A stretch of DNA of 64,000 bases, from the NCBI GenBank assembly GCA_963714015.1, contig OY970223.1:1984001-2048000 (forward strand), written 5' to 3'. A program made the translations under genes and the position numbers. Below the pieces are notes generated by a model. It was given only the letters and a program-made list of their open reading frames with translations, was not told the origin of the DNA and made no database searches. The stretch is from Vulcanimicrobiota bacterium. Lineage in GTDB: Bacteria > Vulcanimicrobiota > Vulcanimicrobiia > Vulcanimicrobiales > Vulcanimicrobiaceae. Within the stretch, counting starts at the first letter, position 1. Each line of letters opens with the position of its first letter. Below, in pieces: positions 9,105 to 20,143 of the stretch.

Positions 9105-12100
9105 GCGGCTATGCCGAACTCCATTGCCGGTCGAATTTCACGTTTCTCGAGGGCGGCTCGCATCCGGAAGAACTCGTCGAGAATGCTGCGAGGCTTCGTC
9201 TTGACGCCCTAGCGATTGCCGACCGCGACGGCCTGTATGGCGCGGTACGCTTTGCCAAAGCCGCGGCGGAGCGCGGCATTGCCGGCATCATCGGCGCCGA
9301 TCTGCGGTTCGAAGACGGACGAACCATAACGGCGCTGGTCGAGAACGAAACCGGATACGCGAACCTGTGCGAGATTCTTTCCGCGGGACAACTGCGCGGC
9401 AGCAAGACTGGAGCCGCGTCTGCAATATGCAGACTTGGACGGCCGGACCGGCGGCCTTATCGCGCTCTGCAACGAGCCGGATACGGCGTTCGTCGAAATG
9501 CTGCGCGAGCGGCTCACCGGAGCGCTTTACGTCGAATTGCAGCATCATTTACACGCGGCCGACGCGCGCCGCTGCCGGGAGCTGCTTGCAATCGCGGAAC
9601 GCAGCGGCTTACCGTACGTGGCTACCAACGGCGTGATGTACGCGCTCAAAGAGCATGCGCGGCTTGCCGACGTTCTGCTTTGCGTCAAGAACAAAACGAC
9701 GCTGACTCAAGCGCGCGAAGATGCCCTGCTGCGTCCCAATGCCGAGTACCATCTCAAACCGGCGCGCATGATGGCGCAGATTTTCTCCGGTTATCCGCAG
9801 GCAATTCGCAATACGCTCGTCATCGCGGAGCGTTGCGCGTTCCGCCTGGATAAGCTGGCCGGACAATTTCCGCTCTTTCCGGTGCCGGAAGGGTATACGC
9901 GCCAAAGCTATCTGCGCGAACTGGTGTACCGAGGCGCGGCCGGGCGTTACGGCAATCCGCTGGACTCCAAAGTGGAACGCCAATTGGAGTACGAGCTCGG
10001 CATGGTCGCGCGCATGGACTTGGCGGGCTATTTTTTGATCGTTTGGGATATCGTTCGCGAGGCGGGCGCGCAGGGCGTCCTCTGTCAAGGCCGCGGATCG
10101 GCGGCGAACTCTGCGGTCTGCTACGCACTAGGCATAACGGCAGTCGATCCGATAGGCATGAACCTGCTGTTCGAGCGTTTCATGTCGGAGGGGCGCGTGG
10201 AGATTCCGGATATCGACGTCGACTTCGCGCATCAAGACCGAGAGAAGATCATTCAATACGTGTACGACCGCTACGGGCGCACGCACGCCGCCATGGCGGC
10301 CGAAGTCGTGACGTATCACACGCGATCGGCGATTCGCGACATCGGCAAAGCCATCGGTCTGACGCTCGCGCAAGTGGACACCGTGGCAAAGGAATACGAC
10401 GCGCGCGAGTCGTTGGCGGGCGCGGCCGGCGTTGCAGGTGAGGCAGAGCAGCCCGATCCCGACATGCCGCCGCGGGGGGAAGCGCGCAAGCCGCGTTTAG
10501 GTCACGCCCATGACTATCACGGTTTTTACGATCGCGACTATGGCGACGATCCCGATCCGAACATCAAAGCGCCGCTGGAAGGAGAGATCGGCCGGCGGTT
10601 GTTCGCACTTTGCCGGCGCGTCGAAGGCTTTCCGCGCCATATGGGAATTCATTCGGGCGGCATGGTGATCACGCGAGATCCGCTCGTGCGCGTTGCCCCG
10701 GTCGAATGGGCGACGATGCGCGATCGCACGATCGTGCAGTGGGACAAGGACGATCTCCAGGACCTCGGCCTGATCAAAATCGATTTGCTGGGCCTGGGCA
10801 TGCTCTCGCTTTTGCGCGAGGCTTTTTCACTGCACAAACGCTGCCTCGAACGCGCCGATACGGGGGTTGAAGGCAACGCTCCGCTTGCGCTCCATACGAT
10901 ACCTCAAGACGACAAGCCGACGTACGAGATGATTCAGAAGGCGGACACGATCGGCGTATTTCAGATCGAGTCGCGGGCGCAGCAGTCGATGCTTCCGCGC
11001 ATGAAGCCGGCGTGTTTTTACGACATCGTCATGCAGGTCGCTATCATTCGTCCGGGACCGATTCAAGGCCAGATGATCCATCCGTTTCTGCGCCGGAGAT
11101 CCGGGATGGAGCCCGTAACCTTTCCGCATCCCAAACTCAAGCCGGTGCTCGAGCGAACGCTGGGCGTGCCGCTGTTTCAAGAGCAGGGTATGCGCATGGC
11201 GATCGAGGCGGCCGGATTCTCGCCGGCCGAAGCCGATAAGCTGCGCCGCGCGATGGGACACAAACGTTCGCACGAGCGGATGCAGCAGATCTATCCGAAG
11301 CTGGTTCAGGGTATGGTCGACAACGGCATCGAACGGGGAGCGGCCGAGCAGCTCTTTCACATGCTCGAAGGTTTTGCGGACTACGGATTTCCCGAATCGC
11401 ACGCCGCAAGCTTTGCGCTGCTCGCGTACGAGTCGGCGTACATGAAGTGTCGTTTCCCCGCGATTTTCGCCGCGGCGATTCTCAACGTGCAGCCGATGGG
11501 CTTTTACTCCACTGAAGTGCTCGTCAATGACGCTCGCCGGCACGGGGTGAAGGTGCTGCCGGTGACGGTGAACGCGAGCGAGTACTGGAGCTTCGTCGAG
11601 CCGGACGGTGCGCTGCGCTTGGGATTTCACTTGATTCGCGGCCTGGGCGAGGCGCAGCGCGAGCAGCTGCAAAACGCAGTAGCGCAGGGAACGTTTGCGG
11701 ATCTGCGGGATTTTGCGCGGCGCACGCAACTCGAAAAGGAAGCGATGGAGAACCTAGCGGCAGCGGCCGCGTTTACCCCGTGGTTCTCATCGCGGCGGGA
11801 GGCGATGTGGGCGCTGCGCGGTTTGGACGAGCGTGAAACGCGCGGCGAACTGGGCCGCATGATGGACGTCGACGAACCGCAGGCGGAGTTCGCGGCAATC
11901 TCGGCGCGGCAAGAAACGGCGTTCGATCTGTGGTCGACGGGCGTTTCGCCGAACGTTCAGCCGATGGCGTATCTGCGCGAAGAACTCGATCGCCGCGGCG
12001 TGATCCCGGCGGAAAAACTCAGCCGGACCCGGCATAACGCGATCTGTAAGGTCGGCGGGATGGTCATTACCCGCCAGCGGCCGGGAACGGCCAAGGGTTT

Positions 12101-12320
12101 CGTCTTCCTAACGCTCGAGGACGAAACGGGCCTCGTGAACGTGATCGTCCGGCCGGACGTCTACGAGAAATATCGCCGCACCGTCCGGCAGGCGATGTCG
12201 GTCATCGTCGAGGGACAGCTGCAAAAGGAGAGCGGCTGCATCGACGTGCTCGCGCGGCGCATTTGGCAGTTCGATGCGAGCGACGTCACCGGCGGCGTGC
12301 GTTCCCGCAATTTCCAGTGA
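9101..12320 (+). CDS. dnaE2: Error-prone DNA polymerase DnaE2 (+1 frame break near 9410)
   Basis: YAELHCRSNFTFLEGGSHPEEL, GRGSAANS, PDIDVDF, GFPESHAASFA, RQRPGTAKG and C-terminal SRNFQ. Confidence 0.95.
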
Positions 12321-12330
12321 AGTAATCGAA

Positions 12331-13368
12331 CTAGTGTGTCAGCGCGAGCGCAGCGGCGTCGTTCAGCGGCGTCGTGCCGTACGTCGTCAGCGTGAAAGTG
12401 TTCGAATCCGCTCGCACTGCACCCCTACCGTCGACGAACCACAGATCGTGCGTGACGGGATCGATGGTTAACGAATTCGCGGTGTTCTTGAGCAAAATCG
12501 TATGAATGAGTTGATTCGTCATCGTGTCGATCACGAAGATCTCATCCGCACCGGCCGCGACGTAGAGACGGTGCGCTTGCGCGTCTCCAACCATGTCGCT
12601 GGGAAAGTTTCCCCCCAGGCCGATCGTGCTTACCACGGCGTGACTGAGCGTATCGACGACGCTCACTGTCGTCAGGTTTGAGGGTTTATACCCGAGCACG
12701 TAGAGGCGGCGGCCGTCCGCGGATACCGATACGCTGTATGGTTGCGATCCCGCCGGATATTCGCCCACTTCAGCCAAAGTCGACGTATCGAGAACTCTGA
12801 CGCCCGAACCGTCGGCATTATACAGAAACTTTCCGTCGGGAGAAACGGCGGCGGCATGACAGAAAGAAGTGGTAACCAGCCCGGTGGACCCGCGCGCCAC
12901 GATTCGGCGGCTGTTCGGATCGATCTTGTACGTGAAGTCTGCACCGCCGGCGTAGAGGAAATGACCGTACGGAGAGATCGTAAGAACGTCCATGTCTGCC
13001 CGCGGCGGCAACTGTATCTGCACGACCGACTGCGTGCCGGCGTTGATGACGGCGATCTGCTTGACGTAGCCGCCTTCATTTAGCGGAACGTAGACGCGCT
13101 GGAAGTACGGCCCCGCGATCGGCGGTGGGCCGCCGAAATTCAAATCAAACGTGTGCAAAACGCTGTGCGTAGCCGGATCGAATTCCGCCACTTGATTCTG
13201 CGACTGCGGAATGCCGTAGTTTATTTCAGCCCAGATCAACGGTTGACCGGCCGCGCGAACGGATTCGGAGAACGAATCGCTTGCCCCCGGGACGAGTCCG
13301 CCGGCGTTCGAGCAACCCGCAAGCACGGCGCAGAAAATAAGAATAGCCGAAGCGGCAATAGAGCGCAT
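12331..13368 (-). CDS. YncE/YVTN-like beta-propeller lipoprotein
   Basis: Lipobox LAGC; repeated SPDG..LY and V.VIDT.T blades. Confidence 0.8.
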   Translation of the reverse strand: MRSIAASAILIFCAVLAGCSNAGGLVPGASDSFSESVRAAGQPLIWAEINYGIPQSQNQVAEFDPATHSVLHTFDLNFGGPPPIAGPYFQRVYVPLNEGGYVKQIAVINAGTQSVVQIQLPPRADMDVLTISPYGHFLYAGGADFTYKIDPNSRRIVARGSTGLVTTSFCHAAAVSPDGKFLYNADGSGVRVLDTSTLAEVGEYPAGSQPYSVSVSADGRRLYVLGYKPSNLTTVSVVDTLSHAVVSTIGLGGNFPSDMVGDAQAHRLYVAAGADEIFVIDTMTNQLIHTILLKNTANSLTIDPVTHDLWFVDGRGAVRADSNTFTLTTYGTTPLNDAAALALTH

Positions 13369-13374
13369 TGGCTA

Positions 13375-13403
13375 AGTATGTCGCCGCGTTCGACGGCTTT
13401 CAA
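13375..13403 (-). promoter_or_regulatory. Sigma70-type promoter giving a probable leaderless transcript
   Basis: Minus strand TTGAAA, 17 nt, CATACT, then 6 nt to the ATG at 13368; no SD. Confidence 0.6.
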
Positions 13404-13484
13404 TGGTACTTTGGGGAACCGCTTGCTTAAATGGTAATCAGCATTGTCTTCGATGGGGCGCCCGTGACGACGACACGGTTCCGT

Positions 13485-14298
13485 TCAGTCGCGGGCAATA
13501 GGGCAGGTCAGCAACTGCGCCAAGTGCCGCAAGCAAAAGGCGATCAGCGGATGAACGTTCGTTCCCGGCGTCAATTCAAAATCGGGCATCGGCGTGGGCA
13601 GTGGGATGTGCTCGATGTGCAGCAAGAACGGATCTTGCGAGGGCAGGTACCGCAGCGGCCAAGGGACCAGTCCCGTTTCCGTGGTTCCGTCGGCGTACTC
13701 GACCCAGTAGCGGACGTAATAGTAATCGTAGCCGGCGCTGCGCCACGATTTGCCCGGAACCGGTTCCAGCAATCCTTCTTGCACTGGTCCGGTTGTGACG
13801 CTGCCGAAAGCATTGAAGTGGTAGCGCTTGATCGCCTCGGGCGCCGCGTTGGCCCGAGCGACGCTCAGCACGAGGTTGTTTTCCATTCGCAGCTTCGCGA
13901 TGGTTTTTTCGAACTGCCGCTGCTGCGCTTGAGTGTCGATCTGCGGAAGATCGATCGGCTCTCGCCGGGTGGGCAGCTTCACCGAAGCGCGGGGATTGAT
14001 GCGAGCTGAATTCGCGCGGGGGCGCTGCCGGCGGTTTTGGACGCGCAATGGGGTGCGGCGCAGGCCGCGGCTGCAGTTGCCGGCGCACGACCGGCGGGGT
14101 TTGAGGGTGAGGCGGCGCCGGACGCACGCGCCGAGTGAGCCGCAAAGCCGACGACCGCGCGACATAGACGACTTCCTGAGGCCCCGGCACTTTGCTGCGG
14201 CCGCCGAAAAGCCAGACGAACAGCGGTCCGAGCGTGAAGTGAAGCAGAAGCGAAAGGACGATACACCCGAGCAGCAGCCGCGAGACTCGATGATGCAC
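13485..14298 (-). CDS. Hypothetical membrane-anchored protein with Pro-rich (TonB-like) linker (+1 frame break near 14015)
   Basis: N-terminal TM with SLLLH motif and a Pro-rich stretch; globular C-terminus (YYYVRYWVEYADG..VPWPLRY) in frame 13485. Confidence 0.6.
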
Positions 14299-15092
14299 TA
14301 CCTGCTTATACGACGCGGGTGCGTGAAGTATCTCACGCCGGCTTGCTCCAAGATCGGGCGCCCCGGACCGTTCAGCACGAATTCGATGAATTTTGCGGCG
14401 GCGGCAGGGTGCGGGGCGTCCGGAAGTTGTGCTATTGCGTAGGCGATCTTGCCCGAGAGGTTGGCGTCGGCGGGCAGTTCAAGGAGACTGAGACCTCGCC
14501 GGGGCGTCTCCGTAGAATAGAAGAAGCCCGCATCGGTCTCGCCGCTCTCTACGCGCACGGCCAAATCTTCCTCGGGAAACATCTCCGACTTTTGCAGCAC
14601 TTCCTGCGCAAGTTGCGGCTGGTGAAAATGTTTCCCCAGCAAGCGCAGTGAGACGATCGTCCGTTCGCCCTTTGGATCGAGTGCCGGATCGGTGCGGCCG
14701 ACGCGTACCCGAGGATCGGCTAAGGCCGAGAGAAGCGAACCTTTGCCGCTGCGGACGGCATCGAAGAGAGCATGCTCCGGCGACTCGGGCGAGTATGCGA
14801 CGAGCATCCGGGCCGATCCGAAAATGACGCCCGGCGCAATCCCGCGCAGCAGCCCCGGATCCGCGGTAATGAAGACGTCCGCCGTGCGAAGACCGGCGGC
14901 GACCAGATGCGCCAGCGCTTTACTGCCCTTCCCCTCACCCGAAAAATCCAGGCCCGTATGACGGCGGAGCGAGACGGCCAGCGGCCCTTCCATCACGCGC
15001 ACCAGGCTCCCCGCGTAAAGCACCGAGACGGTCGCCGCTGAATTGGGTACGAGGCCCACCGTTAGTGCGAGGACCAATGCGAGCGGCTTCAT
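14298..15092 (-). CDS. Molybdate/tungstate ABC substrate-binding protein (ModA/WtpA-like)
   Basis: Signal peptide MKPLALV.., VLYAGSL, GSKALA, ADVFITAD, GRTDPALDPKG, DAGFFYSTE. Confidence 0.85.
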   Translation of the reverse strand: MKPLALVLALTVGLVPNSAATVSVLYAGSLVRVMEGPLAVSLRRHTGLDFSGEGKGSKALAHLVAAGLRTADVFITADPGLLRGIAPGVIFGSARMLVAYSPESPEHALFDAVRSGKGSLLSALADPRVRVGRTDPALDPKGERTIVSLRLLGKHFHQPQLAQEVLQKSEMFPEEDLAVRVESGETDAGFFYSTETPRRGLSLLELPADANLSGKIAYAIAQLPDAPHPAAAAKFIEFVLNGPGRPILEQAGVRYFTHPRRISR

Positions 15093-15166
15093 GGCGTTTG
15101 CGTTGCGCCATGTATGGGAGCGATCCCTAGCGAAGATGTGTGCGTCCCCGCAGGAGTAGGAGAGCT

Positions 15167-15421
15167 TTGACGCAGGTGCAGCAGACGAACGAGACACCCG
15201 GAACGAACGGTCAGCCGCCGAGCGGCGATCGCGACGGAAACATTACGCGCGCGCTCGTATGGATCGGCGTCGCAGGGCTTTCCGCGGCGCTGGCATTCAC
15301 CGTCGTTCGTGCAATGCTGGCGCGCCAACCCGCCGATCCGACCAGCCGGCGCATCCAGCAACTGATCGACGAGGCGAATCAACTCCTCAAGACGCTTGAC
15401 GACCAAAGACACACGGGATAA
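15167..15421 (+). CDS. Small single-TM hypothetical protein
   Basis: TTG start after AGGAG; one TM followed by an amphipathic helix (RIQQLIDEANQLLKTL). Confidence 0.65.
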   Translation: MTQVQQTNETPGTNGQPPSGDRDGNITRALVWIGVAGLSAALAFTVVRAMLARQPADPTSRRIQQLIDEANQLLKTLDDQRHTG

Positions 15422-16893
15422 CTCCGCCACACCGCCGCTGAAAGCCGGCGCCGAAGTCGAAATGGGCTTCAGCGACCTCTTAGCCAACGGCCAAGCAGTC
15501 GGAAGAACCGGCGGAATGGTGGTGTTCTGCTTCGGGCCGCTTCCGCACGAGCGGGCGCGTGTCCGCATCACGACGGTAAAGCAGAAGTACGCCGTTGCCG
15601 ACTTGCTTTCGCTAACGAAACGATCGCCGTACCGGGCACAGCCGTTTTGTCCGGTGTTCGGCGTCTGCGGCGGCTGCCAGGTGCAGCATCTGAGCTATCC
15701 GGCGCAGCTCGGTTGGAAACGTGACGTGGTCAAGAACGCGCTCGAGCGCATCGGCGGCTTTAGCGACGTGGACGTCCGCGATCCCGTCGGTATGATCAAC
15801 CCGCGCAATTACCGCAACAAGATGTCGCTCGTGGTCTCTTCCGGTCCGCGCGCCGCGCGAGCGTTAGGATTTTACAAGCAGCGATCGCACGACGTGGTGC
15901 CGTATCGACGGCTGCCCAATCGTGCTGCCGCAGCTCAACGCGCACATCGCAAAGCTGAACGAGAGCCTGGGGAGGCCCGCGCTCGCGCCGGCTTTCGAGG
16001 ATGCCCTGCACATCGTGGAGCGCACGGCAAAGGCTACCGATCAAACCGTGGTGACCTTTACGACGACGCACCCTTCGGCGCCGCTCGCAGAGCGCGCTCA
16101 GCAGCTGGTCAACACGCTGCCCGGGGCGGTCGGCTTGACCAATTCGTTCGATCTCTCCAGCCAAAACGCAATCGTCGGACGTAAGCATCGCGTGCTTGCC
16201 GGAGAGCCGCAGATCGAGGAGCAACTGGGCGGCGTGCGCTACCGCGTATCCGCCGGATCGTTTTTTCAAGTGAACGTCGAAATCGTCGGCCGGATCTTCG
16301 ATTTCATGCGCCCGGGCCTGGACGTTCCGCGCAAGATCGTGGATCTGTATTGCGGAGCCGGAACTTTTTCGCTGTTCTTCGCGAAGCTCGGAAGCGAAGT
16401 GCTCGGAGTCGAAGAGAGTCCGCACGCAATCGATGAGGCAAAGGAGAACGCGGCGCTCAACGAGCTGACGGGGATGGCGCGGTTTCTTTCGGGGAAGGTC
16501 GAAGATCTGGTTCGCCGCCCGGACGTCGCGAGCGCGCTGAGCGAGGCCCAGATCGTCTTCCTCGATCCGCCGCGCAAGGGCAGCGACGAGGTAACGCTGG
16601 CAGCCGTGGCGCGCAGCGGGGTGCCGAACATTTGGTACCTGTCGTGCGACCCCGCCACGTTGGCCCGGGATTTAAAGTTTCTGGCATCCAAAGGGTATGG
16701 TTTGGGCGTCGTGCAGCCGTTCGACATGTTTCCGCAGACCGGTCACATCGAGACGCTGGTCACGGTGCATCTCAAGACGGCGATGCACCAGCAGATTATC
16801 CAGCAGGCGTTCAAAGATGCCCCCGTGCCGGCGTGGCCGACCGGCGAATTTTCCGAAGATCCGCAGGAGTATCCCGAGTTTGTCATCCGATAA
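15396..16893 (+). CDS. rlmD: 23S rRNA m5U1939 methyltransferase RlmD/TrmA family (+1 frame break near 15904)
   Basis: TRAM domain, CPVFGVCGGCQ Fe-S motif, SFFQVN, DLYCGAG, DPPRKG, YLSCDPATLARD, DMFPQTGHIE. Confidence 0.92.
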
Positions 16894-17176
16894 AATCGAC
16901 GTCCGCTACGTGGCTAAACTGGCCCGTATCGCACTGACCGACGAAGAGGTCGAGCGGTTCGGCGTGCAGCTGGGCAATTTGCTCGAGCACGTAAACGTGC
17001 TTTCCGAGCTCGATACTGCATCGGTGGCGGCGACCGCCCAAGTCGTCGAATCGCGTAACATCGAACGCGAAGACACCCCGCAGCCGTGCCTCGACCGCGA
17101 GGCGGTACTTGCGATGGCCCCGCAGCGGCAAGGCCCGTTCTTCCGCGTTCCCCGCATCATTGCGGAGGCTGAGTGA
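16880..17176 (+). CDS. gatC: Asp/Glu-tRNA amidotransferase subunit C
   Basis: TTG start with SD AGGAG; VRYVAKLARIAL..FFRVPRII. Confidence 0.93.
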   Translation: MSSDKIDVRYVAKLARIALTDEEVERFGVQLGNLLEHVNVLSELDTASVAATAQVVESRNIEREDTPQPCLDREAVLAMAPQRQGPFFRVPRIIAEAE

Positions 17177-18663
17177 TGCACGAACGCATTTCCCGGAGCG
17201 CGGCGGAAACGGCGCGCGCGGTGAACGGCCGTGAATTCTCGGCGAGAGAGATGACGGACGTGGTGCTCGAGCACGTGGACGCGATCGACGGTGCGGTGGG
17301 TTCTTACCTTACGCCGCTGCATCAGCTCGCGCGCGAATACGCTGATAAAGTGGACACGCGTGTGCGCGCGGGTGAAGAACTGCCGCTTGCCGGGGTTCCG
17401 CTGGCCGTCAAGGACAACATGTGTCTTGCGGGGACGCGCACGACGTGCGGTTCGAAGATCCTCGAGCATTGGATCGCGCCGTACACCGCGACCGCCGTTG
17501 CGCGGCTGATCGAGGCGGGCGCGATTCCGATCGGCAAGACCAACATGGACGAATTCGCAATGGGCAGCTCGTGCGAGAACAGCGCCTTGGGTGTAACGCG
17601 CAATCCGTACGGCTTGAACCGCGTGCCCGGCGGCAGTTCGGGCGGATCGGCGTCAGCCGTTGCAGCGCACGAAGCTGCAATCGGCATGGGGAGCGATACC
17701 GGCGGATCGATCCGCGAGCCCGGCGCGTTCTGCAATTTGATTGGATTCAAACCCACCTACGGTCGCGTTTCGCGGTACGGGCTCGTCGCATTTGCTTCCA
17801 GTCTGGATCAAATCGGGCCGCTGACGCGGACGGTCGAAGACGCGGCGCTTGCCTATGACGCCATGGCCGGTCACGATCCGATGGATTCGACGAGCATCGA
17901 CCGCGCCGTCGAACCTGCTGCTTCGGCGTTGCGGCGGGATCTCAAAGGGATGCGCATCGGGATCGTCAAGGAATTCGTTACCGGCAAGCTCGGCAGGCAG
18001 ATCGACGAACTGTATCAGCGCGCTTACCGGGAGCTCCGGGACTTGGGCGCGGAGCTGGTCGACGTTTCGCTCCCGACGGCGGATTACGGCCTTGCGACCT
18101 ACTATCTCATCGCGCCGGCGGAGTGCAGCAGCAACCTCGCGCGTTTCGACGGCGTGCGGTACGGGCTGCGCGTCGAGGGCGCGGACGTCGGGCAGATGTA
18201 CGAGAACACGCGCGCTGCGGGCTTTGGTCCGGAGGTCAAGCGGCGCATTCTGATCGGCACGTATGCGCTCTCGAGCGGCTATTACGACGCATATTACGTC
18301 AAGGCCCAGAAAGCGCGAACGCTCTTTTCGCGGGACTTCCGGCAGGCATTCGAGCGATGCGATTTGATTGCGTCGCCCGCAGCGAGCTCGCCCGCATTCG
18401 AATTCAACTCGAAGAGCGATCCGTACAGCATGTATATGATGGACTATTACACGATTCCCATGTCGCTCGCCGGGCTGCCCGCCCTGTCGGTGCCGTGCGG
18501 TTGGATCGACTCGATGCCGATGGGCTTGCAGCTTGCCGCGCCGCTCTTCGAAGAAGCCAAATTGCTCGGAGCCGCACATGCCTACGAGCAGGCTACGAAG
18601 CATGCTGCGGAAGTCGACGTTTGGGCGCGCTTGGAAGGCGCTCGCACCGGTGCCGGAGCTTAG
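17173..18663 (+). CDS. gatA: Asp/Glu-tRNA amidotransferase subunit A
   Basis: Amidase signature GKTNMDEFAMGS, PGGSSGGSA, SDTGGSIR, SNLARFDGVRYG. Confidence 0.97.
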   Translation: MMHERISRSAAETARAVNGREFSAREMTDVVLEHVDAIDGAVGSYLTPLHQLAREYADKVDTRVRAGEELPLAGVPLAVKDNMCLAGTRTTCGSKILEHWIAPYTATAVARLIEAGAIPIGKTNMDEFAMGSSCENSALGVTRNPYGLNRVPGGSSGGSASAVAAHEAAIGMGSDTGGSIREPGAFCNLIGFKPTYGRVSRYGLVAFASSLDQIGPLTRTVEDAALAYDAMAGHDPMDSTSIDRAVEPAASALRRDLKGMRIGIVKEFVTGKLGRQIDELYQRAYRELRDLGAELVDVSLPTADYGLATYYLIAPAECSSNLARFDGVRYGLRVEGADVGQMYENTRAAGFGPEVKRRILIGTYALSSGYYDAYYVKAQKARTLFSRDFRQAFERCDLIASPAASSPAFEFNSKSDPYSMYMMDYYTIPMSLAGLPALSVPCGWIDSMPMGLQLAAPLFEEAKLLGAAHAYEQATKHAAEVDVWARLEGARTGAGA

Positions 18664-18666
18664 ACA

Positions 18667-20143
18667 ATGACCGTTGCACAGGATGTCCGTACCAAATATG
18701 AAGCGGTGATCGGCATCGAGTGTCATGTCGAGCTGAAGACCCGCACGAAGATGTTTTGCGCGTGCCTGAACGAGTTCGGCGGCGAGCCGAACACGAAAGT
18801 CTGCCCGGTGTGTCTGGCGCTCCCGGGTGCGCTTCCGGTAGCGAATAAAGAAGCCGTCCGGCACATGATCGCGGCAGGGCTGGCGTTCGGAGCGCATATA
18901 CCGCCGTTCTCGAAGTTCGACCGCAAGAACTACTTCTATCCCGACATGCCCAAGGATTATCAGATTTCGCAATACGATATGCCGCTCACCCAAGGCGGCG
19001 TCGTGCGCTACTGGCTGGAAGACGGAACCGTTAAAGAATGCCGTTTGACGCGCATTCATTTGGAAGAAGACACCGGCAAGTCGACGCACGCCGGAAGCGG
19101 CGACGGCCGCATTGCCGGCAGCACCTTTTCGCTGATCGACTTCAACCGTGCCGGCGTCCCGCTGATGGAATGCGTCTCGGAGCCGGACATCCGCAACGCC
19201 GATGAAGCGGTCGGGTATTTGGAGGCGCTCAAACGCGCGTTCGTGCAACTCGGCGTAAGCGACGTGAAAATGGAGGAAGGCTCGCTCCGCTGCGATGCCA
19301 ACGTCTCCATCCGTACCGCCGGCTCGAAAGAGTTCGGCACGAAGACGGAGATCAAGAACATGAACTCGTTCCGCTCGGTGCATCGCGCGATCGAGAGCGA
19401 GATCGAACGGCAGATCGAGGTTCTGGAGTCGGGCGGACGCATCGTTCAGGAAACGCGCGGGTGGGACGAAGTGCAAGGCGTTACGCACAGCATGCGCAGC
19501 AAAGAGCAGGCCCACGACTACCGCTACTTTCCGGACCCGGATCTGGTGCCGATGCAGATCGATCCGGCGGATGATCGACCGCATCAAAGCTTCCCTGCCG
19601 CTCCTGCCTATCGCGCGCTTCGACCGGTATCGCAGCGAATACGGATTGGACGTAAAACAGGCGACGCAGCTCATCGACAATGCCCCGCTAGCCGATTACT
19701 TCGACGCGTGCGTTCAGGCGAGCAAGAATCCGCAGCAGTCCATGAATTTCGTTCTCGGCGAACTCTCGCGTTTAGCCAACGAATCCGGCACGGCCGCTTA
19801 CCAGTCGCCGGTTACGCCGGCGCATCTGGCCGAGCTCATCGCACTGGTCGACGCCAAAACGATCAATTCGAAGATCGCAAAAGAACTGCTTACACGCATG
19901 TGGAACGGCGAGGGCTCCCCAAGAGCGATCGTCGAGAACGAAGGCCTCGCGCAAACCAGCGACGCCGGCGCGATTGAGAAATTCGTCGACGAAGTGCTGG
20001 CCGCAAACCCGAAAGCGGTTGCGGATTATAAAGCCGGCAAAACGAACATTCTGGGATTCCTTACCGGCCAGGTGATGAAGGCTTCGCGCGGCAAGGCCAA
20101 TCCCGCGCTGGTTGGGGAGTTGTTGACCAAGAAACTTGGCTGA
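18667..20143 (+). CDS. gatB: Asp/Glu-tRNA amidotransferase subunit B (+1 frame break near 19570)
   Basis: [38 protein letters not shown]; the Yqey C-domain ([13 protein letters not shown]) is in frame 19571. Confidence 0.96.

Noticed and set aside
10420..10590. Intein in DnaE2
   Set aside because: Too short and lacks the Cys/Ser start and His-Asn end.
17653..19680. 675-aa minus-strand ORF (likewise 51..1055, 31982..33394, 43700..45427, 51079..52539, 52603..53943, 53960..55252)
   Set aside because: Antisense or off-frame shadows of conserved genes, expected in high-GC codon-biased DNA; no motifs.
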